From the human T2T-CHM13v2.0 reference genome, Homo sapiens, in the NCBI RefSeq assembly GCF_009914755.1, contig NC_060927.1: a DNA stretch of 64,000 bases, one strand, 5' to 3'. The notes beneath the pieces were generated by a model. That model made no database searches. It had not been told where the DNA came from and saw only the letters and a list, made by a program, of their open reading frames with translations. How positions within the stretch are numbered: the first letter of the stretch is position 1; each line of letters starts with the position of its first letter. The position numbers were made by a program, and so were the translations under genes. This document shows positions 26,213-39,270 of the stretch, piece by piece.

Positions 26213-27309
26213 TTTAAAACATTAGTAAATCATTAAATCGCTATCTTCGTGTGTGAAAGCATGTCTATTTTATTCAGTCCTGTCAGTTCTATAAAACAGT
26301 TTTCACTGAGAACCATGATGCTAAAAACTCATATATTACAATTATGTCCCCCTAGAGGCCAGTAATTATTGGAAAAACAGTTAACTGGTTTTACAGTCAA
26401 CCATTGTCTAGAAGTTCATCCCTGCAACCTACAGTCCAGTCACCCTGGATCGCAGCTTACAATGTGAATACAAGTAGAAATGGTAATTCGACAGTAAAAT
26501 ATGCTTATACAAAAATCTATCATTTACTGCTAAAAATGTGCCAGAGGGCATCTTGATAAAAACGTTTCCCCATTTTTGTTTTAGAAGTCATTTTAGTTTA
26601 TAGAGTACCAGTAGTAAAAGTATTGACCATAAGTTGTTTTTTTTTTATTCATTTATTCTTTTCTTCTACTCCTCCTTCCCTATCTCTATGTTTCTCTCTG
26701 TCTCTGCCTCTCTCTATTTTTGTCCTTTTTTGGTACTTAAAACATCTTATAGTCACAATAAATGTAGACTTTACTAGTGATCCAGTGATTATTTCTGTCT
26801 CAGTCATTTGAGACAGTTTCAACCCTGATATACTAAAATCATAACAGTCCCTGTCAGAGATTTGCTTATTACTTTGTTCATTATCCAGAGTCATTTTCAG
26901 TTCCAGCTTAACAGATTGAGCTCTATAAATGAATTGTGACTGTACTACCAGAGTAACTGTCTTTTTTTTTTTTAACACAAATAAATAAAACAATTACCAA
27001 GGTTTTCTAATTGTTTTCAAATGGAGCCAAATTCTAGGATATAGTAATAAAAATCATACTAGAAATTGACTCTGAAAACAATGTGGGAATACTCTCTCCC
27101 CTTTTGCAATAATTCACCACTCTAATAGTTACAGATTATTAAATTAAGATCACTTTGCAAACCTATGGCAGCTGAGGTTTAATCTACCCATACTTTTATG
27201 ACTGTCATGAGAATAAGCCATGAAAAAATAAAACAATGAAAGGAATTGGAAGGTTTGGTATGTTTTAGGGCTTATTTTCAGTGATTATATTTATATTTAA
27301 ACATTCTGA

Positions 27310-27663
<354 letters not shown>

Positions 27664-27860
27664 TACACATGTATTTCTAAGACACTTCCATCAGTATAGT
27701 CTTGAGAGGTTGATAGCCTGGTGTCTGATTTACTTTCTTAGTTTGGGAATATAAAACAAATATTTTGAAAAGCATCAACGTTTGTCTTCACCATCTATTA
27801 GTATTATCCTTTCTGATCATTCCCACGTCAGCATCCTCTATTTCTTACTGTCCTTCACTC

Positions 27861-28686
27861 TCCTACCTCCTATTTCACCTCCTACTCCCCAACCCACTTT
27901 TCCTCACCTCCTACTCCCTACTCGCTTGTCCTCACCTCCTACTCCCTACCCACCTCTCCTCACCTCCTACTCCCTACCCGCTTCTCCTCACCTCCTACTC
28001 CCTACCCGCTTGTCCTCACCTCCTACTCCCTACCCGCTTCTCCTCACCTCCTACTCCCTACCCACCTCTCCTCACCTCCTACTCCCTACCCGCTTGTCCT
28101 CACCTCCTACTCCCTACCCGCTTCTCCTCACCTCCTACTCCCTACCCGCTTTTCCTCACCTCCTACTCCCTACCCGCTTGTCCTCACCTCCTACTCCCTA
28201 CCCGCTTCTCCTCACCTCCTACTCCCTACCCACCTCTCCTCACGTCCTACTCCCTACCCGCTTGTCCTCACCTCCTACTCCCTACCCGCTTTTCCTCACC
28301 TCCTACTCCCTACCCGCTTTTCCTCACCTCCTACTCCCTACCCGCTTGTCCTCACCTCCTACTCCCTACCCGCTTGTCCTCACCTCCTACTCCCTACCCG
28401 CTTTTCCTCACCTCCTACTCCCTACCCGCTTGTCCTCACCTCCTACTCCCTACCCGCTTGTCCTCACCTCCTACTCCCTACCCGCTTGTCCTCACCTCCT
28501 ACTCCCTACCCGCTTGTCCTCACCTCCTACTCCCTACCCGCTTGTCCTCACCTCCTACTCCCTACCCGCTTCTCCTCACCTCCTACTCCCTACCCGCTTG
28601 TCCTCACCTCCTACTCCCTACCCGCTTTTCCTCACCTCCTACTCCCTACCCGCTTTTCTTCACCTCCTATTCCCTACCCGCTTTTC
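27861..28686. repeat. Minisatellite (VNTR), 28-bp unit TCCTCACCTCCTACTCCCTACCCGCTT(G/C/T), 28 in-register copies plus a degenerate left edge
   Basis: Exact 28-bp phase from 27901 to 28684 (27901 and 28321 = +15 units begin identically). Variant unit ending CCCACCTC also present. Confidence 0.99.
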
Positions 28687-29509
28687 CATGCCCAGGAGAC
28701 ACACTGTGTTGTGTTCCTCAGTGATCCCTTAACTTTCATTAAAATAGCAAAGGAAGTCTACTAAGATAATTCAAATTGTTTTATGAAATTATATGTATGT
28801 CTATTTTAACCAACATGACAACATTATAATTCATATTTGGATTTCTCCATTTTAAATTGCCTTTATTTTTATGAATACTACACATTTTGGGTTCAGCGTT
28901 TAGTTTAATGAAAGCTTTCCTGAATACGTAAATGCCAAGGGAAGACACTGGGTACCACAGAACTTCTCATTGTTGTTGTAGGATTTTAAGAATTCCTGGG
29001 AGGCTATTATGCATTTTCCAGGCAAATCCTATGAGCATAGCATTGTGACCATATCCCGCTTTTTGACTTCAAATTCTCAATTCTAGGACACAAAATGTTT
29101 TTTTTTTCAAGTTCTTTCTCAATGGTAACTTAAAGGAATACAGTCTTAGTTAATACTACTCCTTTCTGTTGCCTGGCATTGAATGACCAGATTGAAATAA
29201 TTTTCCTATTGGACAGAATAGTGACTCTGTTACTGTATTTGGATCCTGCTTTTTATGAGGCTAATAAATGCAGAAACATAGAAAGAACTCTGCAATTAAG
29301 TTTCACCTCTCTATTAACAAATCAAAGAGCCTGAACAAGACACCACTTTCTGGTACTCATACAATTCTCTCTAACACTTTGTGAACATAATTGTAATGAG
29401 AGAAGAAAGGACGATGTCTTAGGAATTCATGGGGACTCTATTTTGAAAAGAGAAGATGGGGTGATGTAAATACTTCAGGGAAATATCAAATATGCCTGAA
29501 GTGTGAGTC

Positions 29510-30125
29510 CAATTCATTAATTTGTTTAACAAGTATTTATTGATTATCTACTATGAGCCAATATTGCAACAGAAATGAGGAAATACAACAAATTTCCATG
29601 CAGCCAGGCATGATTTTTCATCTTTCAGAGCCCAGACTGCCAGTTATTTCACCCGGGAATCATGTGATTTTAAATACCATAATGAAATTATGTGCCATTA
29701 GTAGAAACTGGAAGGAAGGAATGGCTTACTGTGACTTTGAAAATCAGAGAAAACTTTAGCAAGAAAGTGAACCCCTGAGATTATTTTTGGAGTATGTGTA
29801 GTAGTTTTACAAGTAAAGGAGAGTGTTTGGTAGAAAATATAAGAGTATGGGGAAGTCTTAGAAGACTGAAGGAGACTGGTGCATATGTTGATGTGGCTGA
29901 AGTTGAAGCCAGAAAGATAAATTGAAGTACATTTTGAAATCTTCATATGATTTCATATGATGACGAGAACTTGGGATTTTATCCTGAAGTTTCTAGGGGA
30001 ATTATTGGAGGCTTAACTAGGGAAGAATGGAGATGAATTTTAGAAAGATAACTGTTGCTGATGGGAGGTGGCAGGGTAGGAGGCAGCGTGTGGGAAATGG
30101 GAACTGAAGCTGACCAATAGGCTGG
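29510..30125 (-). mobile_element. L2 3' fragment
   Basis: 'attcattaatttgtttaacaagtatttattgattatctactatgagcca' (antisense L2 tail), followed by 'gaacttgggattttatcctgaag...ttttagaaagataactgttgctg'. Confidence 0.7.
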
Positions 30126-31099
30126 GAAATTTATCAATTCTTGATGAACCTGCTCTCCTCCAGTTGATTTTTAAAATTTTTCAGTGTAGTTACCCAGTTT
30201 TATTAAATTTTTTTGGCCCCTAAATAATGCTTGCTACACAAAGGCACTTACTCTTTGATGGTTGACAGAAGAAAGAAAGAAAGGAACACAAGCATTAGTA
30301 AGTGATGAAGCGGTCTGAGTGTGTAATGATGAGGACTGACATGAAATGATTGTCATGGGATGGCCAGAAAAGAGAGATTGGTGAAGGACTGGCAACATAA
30401 TTTAGCAAACAGATTTTACTTCTGTATATATGGCCAATAAATATCTTTTGCTTTTGTTCTAATACGCATTGGAGAATGTGAGGTTTATGATGAGTCCAAT
30501 GCACTAAGCTGATTGTGCATAGCAGATCTTAAGAGTCATGTAGTCTTCCTTATGGCCCTGAAGTGTTCATTTCTGAGCATACTGATGACATTTCAGTTGA
30601 CTGGGGGTGGGGGGGGGAGGTGTTTCTCAGGTAACTAGAGGCATATTTTGATGCTATCTTCTGAATTATAATTTATGAAGAAATGCACAGAAAAGCAATT
30701 CTATGAGAAGAAGAGAGATATTCACTGGCTTGGGGGTGATCAGATACAAATTACCCATTTGAACATGAAAAAAATGTTTTGTGAATGTTGATTCTTCAGG
30801 CTGTGTCCCTGCCCAGAAGGAAAAAAATAGAAAAATTCAAGTTTCCCCAGGTATCAACAGACTGTGTATACAAAGAAGGGAGATTACGTCAACTGAACAA
30901 ATTCAAATGTGCTGGTTCACACAGTTACCATTTCCCTATGACTCTCAGGGATATTCCTGTGAAACCCTAGAAATATATTGTACATGCTGTATGTCAAGTA
31001 TTAGAAAACAAAATTGAGAAAGGACATTGTTCCCAGGCCAATTCACTAAAAGATCAATTCATTTATTTTGCTAAATTTACCAACTTATTGTTAGCAATG

Positions 31100-31265
31100 A
31101 TGTCTACATCTTATATGGCACTAAGCATGTGCCAAGCACATTAGAGCAGTTTACATAAACTAAATCATTTTATCTTCACACTGTTTTTATCACCATTTTG
31201 CAGATGAGGAAATAGAAGTACAAAAAGCTTAAATTAACAGGCCCAAGTCCCTCAGCTAACAGGTA
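31100..31265 (-). mobile_element. MIR
   Basis: Core 'tatcaccattttgcagatgaggaaatagaagtacaaaaagcttaaattaacaggcccaagtccctcagct'. Confidence 0.8.
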
Positions 31266-31379
31266 ATTCCTGTTACAGTTTTTAAAATCTGTTCTCAGGA
31301 ATTATAAATATCAGTAAATGAAAAAATAATGTTTCATGTGGGAATTTTTTTTGTTTTATACTCATTTATGTTTGTCCAC

Positions 31380-31784
31380 TGTCTTAGTCAATTCAGGCTT
31401 CTATAAACAATTACGAATGGCTGGATGGCTTACACAACATGCATTTATTTCTTATAGTTCTGGAGGCTGGGAAGTCCAAGATCAAGGTGCTGGCAGAGCC
31501 AGTGTCTGCTGAGGGCCTGTTTCATGGTTTGTAACTAGGCATCTTTTTGTTATATCTCTATGTGAAGGAAACCAGAAAGAGCATCTATCGTTATATTTTC
31601 ACATGTAGGAGACCACAGAGGGCATCTTTCCCATGTCTCTGCTTATGAGGGAACTAATCCCATTCATGAGGGCCTCATCCTCATAAGCTAACCAAAGCTC
31701 CATCTCCTAATACCATCAGATTTGGGGTTTGTACTTCAACATACGAACATGGGGGCGGGGGACAAAAACGTCTAGCCCATAATA
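31380..31784 (-). mobile_element. MLT1A-like MaLR solo LTR
   Basis: tgtcttagtcaattcaggct...gttctggaggctgggaagtccaagatcaaggtgctggcag...actaatcccattcatgagggc...cccataata. TSD tccac (31375-79) / cccac (31785-89). Degenerate ~42-bp internal duplication near 31538-31627. Confidence 0.9.
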
Positions 31785-31889
31785 CCCACATTTTAGAATC
31801 TTTAGAATTCTACTAATTTATCAAGATATATGTTAATATTTGGAAAAATATTATCTCCTCTGTAACAAAAATAAAATTTCTCTATTAAA

Positions 31890-32022
31890 TAAGGTGGCCA
31901 TATAATTCATCTTCCAAGTTGAAACACATTTGAGAGTAAAAGGGGGCACTATTAGTGATTGCCCAATGACAACGGGTATAAACTGAGATCCTACCAGGCA
32001 AACTGGGATGTGTAGTCTGCAT
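31890..32022 (-). mobile_element. MER94 hAT-Blackjack element
   Basis: aaggtggccatataattcatcttccaag...ttgagagtaaaagggggcactatta...ccaggcaaactgggatgtgt. Confidence 0.75.
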
Positions 32023-32574
32023 ATTATTAAACTGTTTAACGTTTTTGGTTAGTACTTTTACACATCACTGTCACAGCTTTTAAATGTATAAACCCACAGC
32101 TCATAAATTTGGTAATTATCTTTTTGGAAAGCTGACTCTTTGGAGAAACGACTTTCAGCAAATTGATTTTTCTTCTATGTTTTCTTCTGGCTCTTAACCT
32201 GAGCCAGGGTTAGACCGCCTTGGCTCAGGTCTAGTTCACAGTGCCCCAAACACACCTTTCCAGCATGAACAACTCATGCAAAGTTGTGCTTTGTCCCTCT
32301 TTCTCCCAGACTCTTCAATAACTAAAATTGCCATTAACTAGGGACTAGCATTTGGCAGTTTTAAAAAGACACTGTAAAACTGCTGAATAAAGAGCCACAT
32401 AAACTAAGATCAGCACCCCCAAAACTGTGAAAGTGCTTAAACCTTAACACAAGGTTTAAAATAAACTCTTGATTGAATTCATCTACTCCATTTTCTCTCT
32501 TCAATAAATAAGATGAATTTCAAGCAGCCAAAGCTATTTGACATAAGTAGTAATGCAAATAAAAATTCCTCGCT

Positions 32575-33590
32575 AGAATGCTTATGCATTGTTGGTAGGA
32601 ATGTAAATTAGTTAAACCACTGTAGGAAGCAGTTTGGAGATTTCTGGAAGAACTTAACAGAGAGCTACCATTCCACTCAGCAATCCCATTACTATTAAGT
32701 TTATATCCAAAGGAAAATAAATTGTTCTACGAAAAAGATAGATGCAATCATATGTTCATCACAGTGCTATTCACAATAGCAAAGACATGGAATCAACCTA
32801 GGTGCTCATCAACAGTGGAATGGATTAAAAAGAATATGGTACATGTGCCCCATGGAATACCACCAAGCCAAACAAAAGAATGAAATCATGTCCTTTGCAG
32901 AAACATGGGTGCAGCTGTAGGCCGTAATCTTAAGCAAATAAACTCAGAAATGGAAAATCAAATACTGCATGTTCTTACTTGTAAGTGAGAGCAAAACATT
33001 GTGTATTCATAGACATCAAGACAGGAACAATGGTCACTGAGGATTATTTAGAGGGGGAGGAAGGCAGCGGGGCATGGGTTAAAAACCTGTTGGGGCCAGG
33101 CACAGTGTCTCACGCCTGTAATCTCAGCACTTTGGGAGGCCAAGGCAGGCAGATCACTTGAATCCAGGGGTTCCTGACCAGCCTGGGCAATACGGTGAAA
33201 CCCCATCTCTACTAAAAACACAAAACTTATCTGGCCATAGTGGTGCACACCTGTAGTACCAGCTACTAGAGAGGCTGAGGTGAGGGGATGGCCTGAGTCC
33301 AGGAGGCAGAGAATGCAGTGAGCAGAGATCACGTACAGCTTCAGCCCAGGGTGACGGAGGGAGACCCTGTCTCAAAAAAAAAAAAAAAAGAAAAAAAAAA
33401 GGGGAAAGGGAAAAGAAAAAAGAAAAACTCCCTATAGTACCTTTGAGTACTATGCTCACTGTCTTGGTTACAGGAGCTGTACCCCAAACCTCAGCATCAT
33501 GCAATATACCCATGTAACAAACCTGTGCACACCCCTATTTTATTTATCTTATAAATAAAAATAACTTTATTCTAAAATAAAAGTCAAAAC
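32575..33590 (+). mobile_element. LINE-1 3' end (L1PB4-like), interrupted by an AluJ
   Basis: gttggtaggaatgtaaattagt...gcaaagacatggaatcaacctaggtgc..., resuming after the Alu with 'gtactatgctcact...accccaaacctcagcatcatgcaatatacccatgtaacaaacctg'. Confidence 0.92.
33094..33425 (+). mobile_element. AluJ-like, nested in L1PB
   Basis: ggccaggcacagtg...gatcacttgaatccagg...gcctgggcaatacggtg...gaggctgaggtgaggggatggcctgagtccaggagg; long A-rich tail. Confidence 0.93.
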
Positions 33591-33615
33591 TCTTTTTTAA
33601 AATAATCCCTACAAA

Positions 33616-33951
<336 letters not shown>

Positions 33952-35477
33952 TCAGTAGACACTGAATATTAAGTGGATACAATTTAGTGTTGTCCTAGTT
34001 TGTGTGGTTTGGGGGCATTTTCACAGCGGCAATGCTGAATGCCGTCAGTATTAAGGGAAGCTGTTTGACATTTGAAATGACTTCTTCAAGGAGGCAAATT
34101 CACACACAAAAAACTGATTATCCAACAATCAGTTACTTTTTTCACCAATAAATGTTTTGTTTGGAACATGTGCTTTGGAGGATAAAAATAGACAGACTTT
34201 TAGAATTTCTGGAAGAGGATCTGCAGTAAGTAACATTTATAAATAGAAGTATAGATTTAAATGAAACCTGGCTCATCTTTTAATATAAACTGGACTTTGA
34301 AAACTCTTTTGAGGACATTACCCATTAGCTTCATTACCTAAAGGTATGATCTAATCTATTTCATTCTGAACCTGAAGGACATAATTCGTGTACTGAATCC
34401 ATGAAAATTTTGGATAAAGCCTAGCATAAAATCATCACTACTTACTAATGTTCTCAGTAAGAGTTTAAAACTTACTGCTTAACAAAAGTACCTTTCTATA
34501 TTGTCGACAGTAAATGGTAATCTAAAATATGTGAGGCAGAAAAGAATGATAATATTTCATTGTTACAGCATACTCTATCCTGCTTTTATGTGCATTCCCA
34601 AGATGTGCATATATGAACTCTGTTTTGGGGGCAGGCTCTGCAAAGTTATTGAGAATGGCAGAGAATTGAGCTTAGTATAGGTTTAAAAATATGTTGTAAG
34701 AATCACATGTTTTTACGTGCAATAATTATAACCATAGCTTCCAGATTGGAAACTAATATAGTGTTTTTTTCTCTTTGAAATATAATCACTATTTCTAGAT
34801 AAAACTTTTGTATGAAGTTTTATAAAGTATTATTCATGTTTGCATTATTTTATAGTAAGAAAGAGACTTCTGTTATTTTTATCATCTAGAATAGGGTTTA
34901 TTACATTGGTCTTTTTATTATTCACAAGTTTTTTTTTTTCTGGTATTTTCTGTTGTGGTGTCTGCTATAAACATTCCTCCATGCTCAAAGGAATTTTTTC
35001 CTCAATTTCGTTTGTAAATTATTTTCTGAGAATTGGAATCCAACAATAGGAAACAAACAATATGCAAACAAATAATTCAAAATTTTAAAGGGCAGATGAG
35101 ATTTTTGACCAGCCACAAAAGGCCTATTTAAGCTTTTATAAATGCTGTAGTAACCTAAAATGCTCATAAATATCAATAGTAGCAGACCTGAATCCAAGCT
35201 ACTCCAAGCTCTATTTTTCCTTAGCTATATAAAATTCTATACTTCAATAAATCTTTGTATCTATGAGTTTCTCATCTTTCAGCATGTAGATGGACAGAAG
35301 AAGGGGAAACAACAAGAACTTCAACTTTACTCTAGAGAAATTGTATAGTGAAGGGTTGGCAGTCAGGTAAACCCTCCTGTAAAAGTAGAAGCAATCTATT
35401 TGACTTTTAATTAAATGTTTAAGCAGATCACTAACTAAAGCAATAATCCTGTGAGAACAGTATTATTTAAGAAATGC

Positions 35478-35774
35478 AGACTGGGAACGGTGGCTCACAC
35501 CTGTAATTCCAGCACTTTGGGAGGCACAGGCAGGCAGATCACTTGGGTTCAAGACCAGCCTGGGTGGGAGACCCCACCTCTACAAAAAAATACAAAAATT
35601 AGCTGGGTGGGATGGCACATGCCTGTAGTCCTAGCTACCTGGGAGACTGTGGTGGGAGGATCACTTCAGCCCAGGAGGTCGAGGCTGCAGTGAGCCGTGA
35701 TCGCAACACTGCACTCCAGCCCAGGTGACACAGGGAGACCCTGACTCAAAAAAAATAAAAAATAAAAAAAAGAG
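35478..35774 (+). mobile_element. AluJ-like with small internal deletions
   Basis: J diagnostics 'ggtgggaggatcacttcagcccaggaggtcgaggctgcagtgagccgtgatcgc'. Approximate TSD aagaaatgc/aagaaaggc. Confidence 0.93.
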
Positions 35775-35784
35775 AAGAAAGGCC

Positions 35785-36676
35785 TTTAACAAATATTTAT
35801 TGCGTGCCTACTCTGCGAAAAGCCACTTTTCTACACATAATAAAGCAATGAAAAACAAGATAGGTAAGGCCTGATACTCATTAGGCTTATGTTTTGGGGG
35901 AGCCACATAGACAATAAATAGGTATTTAAAACAGTGGAATGTTGTTGGAAAGTTAAGATAGTTCAGGGCTTCTCAACGTCAGCACTGTTGACCTTTTGGG
36001 CCAAATAATATTTTGTTGTGGGAGGCTTTTCTGAGCACCGTAGGATGCTGACTAGATTCCCGACCTCAGTTTACTAGATGTCAGTTGTAGCACAACTCCA
36101 AGTTTTGACAACCAAAAATGTCTCCAGACATCGCCACTTGTCCCCTGGAGGAGGGAGAAAAAGGCCTATGAGTAAAGAGATACCAATTCTGCCCCCAGTG
36201 AGAACCACTGTGCTACATGAATAGAGAAAATTGCTCTTCGAACACGGTAAGATGGAAGTCATTGATGACTTTGATAAACACAGTTTAAATTGGAGTGCTG
36301 GCAATATATATGAGAATGATATGGCCGAGTGAATGAGAAGCAAAGAAATGTAGACAAGTGTTTTCTGTGAAGGAAAAGAAATAGTGCAAAATCTCATGAT
36401 AGATGTGGCACATGAAATGAGGCTGGTTTTATTATTTCTGTTTTCTCTTGATTGTTTTTTTTTCTTTTTAAAAATACTACTACATGTTTGTAAGTAGTTG
36501 GGTAAAATTTGATAGGGCAGGAAAAGTTGGTGTGGAATAGGGAGAATAAATGAACTAACTCAGCAAGCAAAAAGGTAGTTGGGTGTGATTCAGACGTTAA
36601 GTGGTAGAGTTGACATTTGGTTAAACACTTCTTGCATTATAACAGAGCATACAGAAATGGTGGGTACAGATTCAGG
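35785..36676 (-). mobile_element. L2 fragments, interrupted by MER20 and L1PA
   Basis: 'tttaacaaatatttattgcgtgcctactctgc' (L2 tail), 'ggaagtcattgatgactttgataaacacagttt', 'gggtacagattcaggt'. Confidence 0.6.
35964..36210 (-). mobile_element. MER20 hAT-Charlie element
   Basis: cagggcttctcaacgtcagcactgttgac...tgacaaccaaaaatgtctccagacatcgcc...gagaaccactg, with TIRs at both ends and a ~30-bp internal insertion near 36150-36185. Confidence 0.9.
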
Positions 36677-37252
36677 TCAGTGTGGCGATTCCTCAGGGAT
36701 CTAGAACTAGAAATACCATTTGACCCAGCCATCTCATTACTGGGTATATACCCAAAGGACTATAAATCATGCTGCTATAAAGACACACGCACACATATGT
36801 TTATTGCGGCACTATTCACGATAGCAAAGACTTGGAACCAACCCAAATGTCCAACAATGATAGACTGGATTAAGAAAATGTGGCACATTTACAGCATGGA
36901 ATACTATGCAGCCATAAAAAATGATGAGTTCATGTCCTTTGTAGTGACATGGATGAAATTGGAAATCATCATTCTCAGCAAACTATCACAAGGACAAAAA
37001 ACCAAACACTGCATGTTCTCACTCGTAGATGGGAATTGAACAATGAGAACACATGGACACAAGAAGGGGAACATCACACTCTGGGGACTGTTGTGGGGTT
37101 GGGGGAGGGGGGAGGGATAGCATTAGGAGATATACCTAATGCTAGATGACGAGTTGGTGCAGCACACCAGCATGGCACATGTATACATATGTAACTGACC
37201 TGCACGTTGTGCACATGTACCCTAAAACTTAAAAGTATAATTAAAAAAAAAA
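36676..37252 (+). mobile_element. LINE-1 3' end, ~580 bp (L1PA3-like), no visible TSD
   Basis: ORF2 C-terminus [17 protein letters not shown]...[15 protein letters not shown], then the G-rich 3'UTR and A-tail. Confidence 0.96.
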
Positions 37253-37420
37253 GTGTAGTTTGGTTGATGTATTTTCTTGCTGAGGTGGGTAGCAAGGGCA
37301 TCACCTGGTAAAGCACAGGGTGGGTTGAGAAATTAATAAAAGTAGAGTTTGACTTTCATGACTTGACTCGGAATTTACTGTAAAAAAAAGGATAGAATCC
37401 AGAAATTCCTTATGAAGCCC
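37253..37420 (+). repeat. Old local duplication, copy 1 (partner 39107-39270)
   Basis: Shared 'gtagtttggttgatgtattttctt', 'taataaaa', 'catgactt', 'tttactgta', 'aatccaga.attc' in the same order and spacing. Confidence 0.8.
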
Positions 37421-39106
37421 TCTGACATAGATCTTAAAATCATTGTTTACATAAAGCATCCTCCTAATTCTAAGTTTTATTGCTATGGAATAATACACTT
37501 TATGTAGAACTAAATAAAATTCCAGTGTTTAAGTTTTTTTCTAAAAAAGTTATTAGTTGTGTGCTTGTAGCACATAAAAATATTATGGGTCTTCCATTTC
37601 AAAACTAAGAAAAATGGCGTTTTTGAACATATCTTTTTGCCTATATAACACTGTATCCTAAACAATAGCAGTACCATAAGGAAAATTATTTTTAAGGAAC
37701 AACTTTATCGTTAAATCAATATAGCCTCTGACTTGAAGTCAATTTGCTTAGAGTTGTATATGGCTTTATTGATTTGAATCATAAAAGATACAAAGGAGGA
37801 TACACTTGTACAAGTTCAATAAGATAAAAAGGAGAAAAATGTCTTGTGAAAACCTCGAATGGTAACTCAGTGTGTTGATGAGTGCAGAAATTTTAGAACA
37901 AAATAAATTGTTTCCTTTTCTATCACAAATCTGGAAGAATTCTGTAGTCTGTCTGCTATGTTGCGTTATACTGTCTTCTGGCCTAGATATTCTGTGTGGA
38001 ATGTATTGAGATGTATACTATTGGCTTATTCTTTAGAAAGTAGTAAGTCACACCCCAGAGACCTGAACATAAATTGAGGAAATGTTCACTTTGACCTTTA
38101 TTTTAAAAGCTTGACCGATGTGTTGAATTCTCCTGCCCAGATTCATCTTTAGTAGGTTTATTTTCTGACCTGGAAGAGTGAAGCATATTTACATGCATAA
38201 AAAGCTTTGACTTTGATGACTAATGGATGTTAATTATCATGACAGTGACATTTTATATCTTGCCTATATTTCTAGGTTAACTTTTATAGGAAAATCTTTG
38301 AGAACTAAATTACCAGGGCTTTTAGAAAAACTAAAATATATTGCTTTCTAAAAATACAAAATTATTGCTAACATAAAGCTTACTGTAAATGATATGAGAT
38401 TCCAAGATTTTTTCTTACATTTCTGTGACATTTTCTTGTTTTACATTAATAATTTTGAATTTTTTAAAAGCTAATTAAATAACTGCATGAGCAAAAATAG
38501 TTATTCTGTTTTGGGTGTTTATAAAATCTTTGTTTAATCAATTTACTTGCCTTATCTTATCCTTATTATTTTAAGAAAGTACAGCCTTTTGAACTAGGAA
38601 ACAGTTTTGAAAGACCAATGGCTTACTACAAATAGTATTTTATAAAAGCTCTGATGTTTACTATAATCTTTTCTAGCTGGTTCTACTTAGTCTGTTAGTC
38701 CCTGTAGGACATTTCTAATCTCATTGCTTTGGTGGGGACTCGGTTTATAGGCTAACACATTTACAGAAACATCTGAAACATACTTAGGTCTTCACCAGAA
38801 ACACCTTGTTTATCTACTGTTTCCTGCTGTGTTTAGCTCAAATCCAGATAAAAATTTCCAATTTTTAAAAATATAAAAAGAAATTAAAATAAATTAAACA
38901 TGTTCAACTTGATGGTTAACTAATTAACAATAAATGAAAAGTAACTAATGGAACATCCAAAGTTTTAAGTAAGTTTTATGTGCTCAGATTTTAAATATTT
39001 ATGTGCCTAATCATTATTAAAGTAGCCAGATAAACCCTAAAAGTCTTTTAACATAAGTGAAGATGCCCTTGCCTAGAAATGTGGCTGATATTTACCACAG
39101 GTGAAA

Positions 39107-39270
39107 GAGTAGTTTGGTTGATGTATTTTCTTATTGAAGTGGACTGCAAGGTTAACACCTTGAAAAAGATAGTTGATTGAGGAGGTAATAAAAACAGACT
39201 TTCATTTACATGACTTACTTTGAGTTTACTGTATTAAAAATGAAAATAATCCAGATATTCTTGGTCAAGC
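39107..39270 (+). repeat. Old local duplication, copy 2 (partner 37253-37420)
   Basis: As for copy 1; roughly 70-75% identity judged by eye. Confidence 0.8.

Noticed and set aside
27901-28684. CRISPR-like array (28-bp repeats)
   Set aside because: The units are head-to-tail with no unique spacers, there are no cas genes, and the context is primate.
27765-28732. 319-aa and 316-aa ORFs as protein-coding genes
   Set aside because: They are entirely the stop-free 28-bp minisatellite, start at TTG, and overlap in all frames with the same peptide.
30602-30620. G-run (G5-T-G9-AGG) as a functional G-quadruplex
   Set aside because: It is an isolated homopolymer-like tract with no supporting context.
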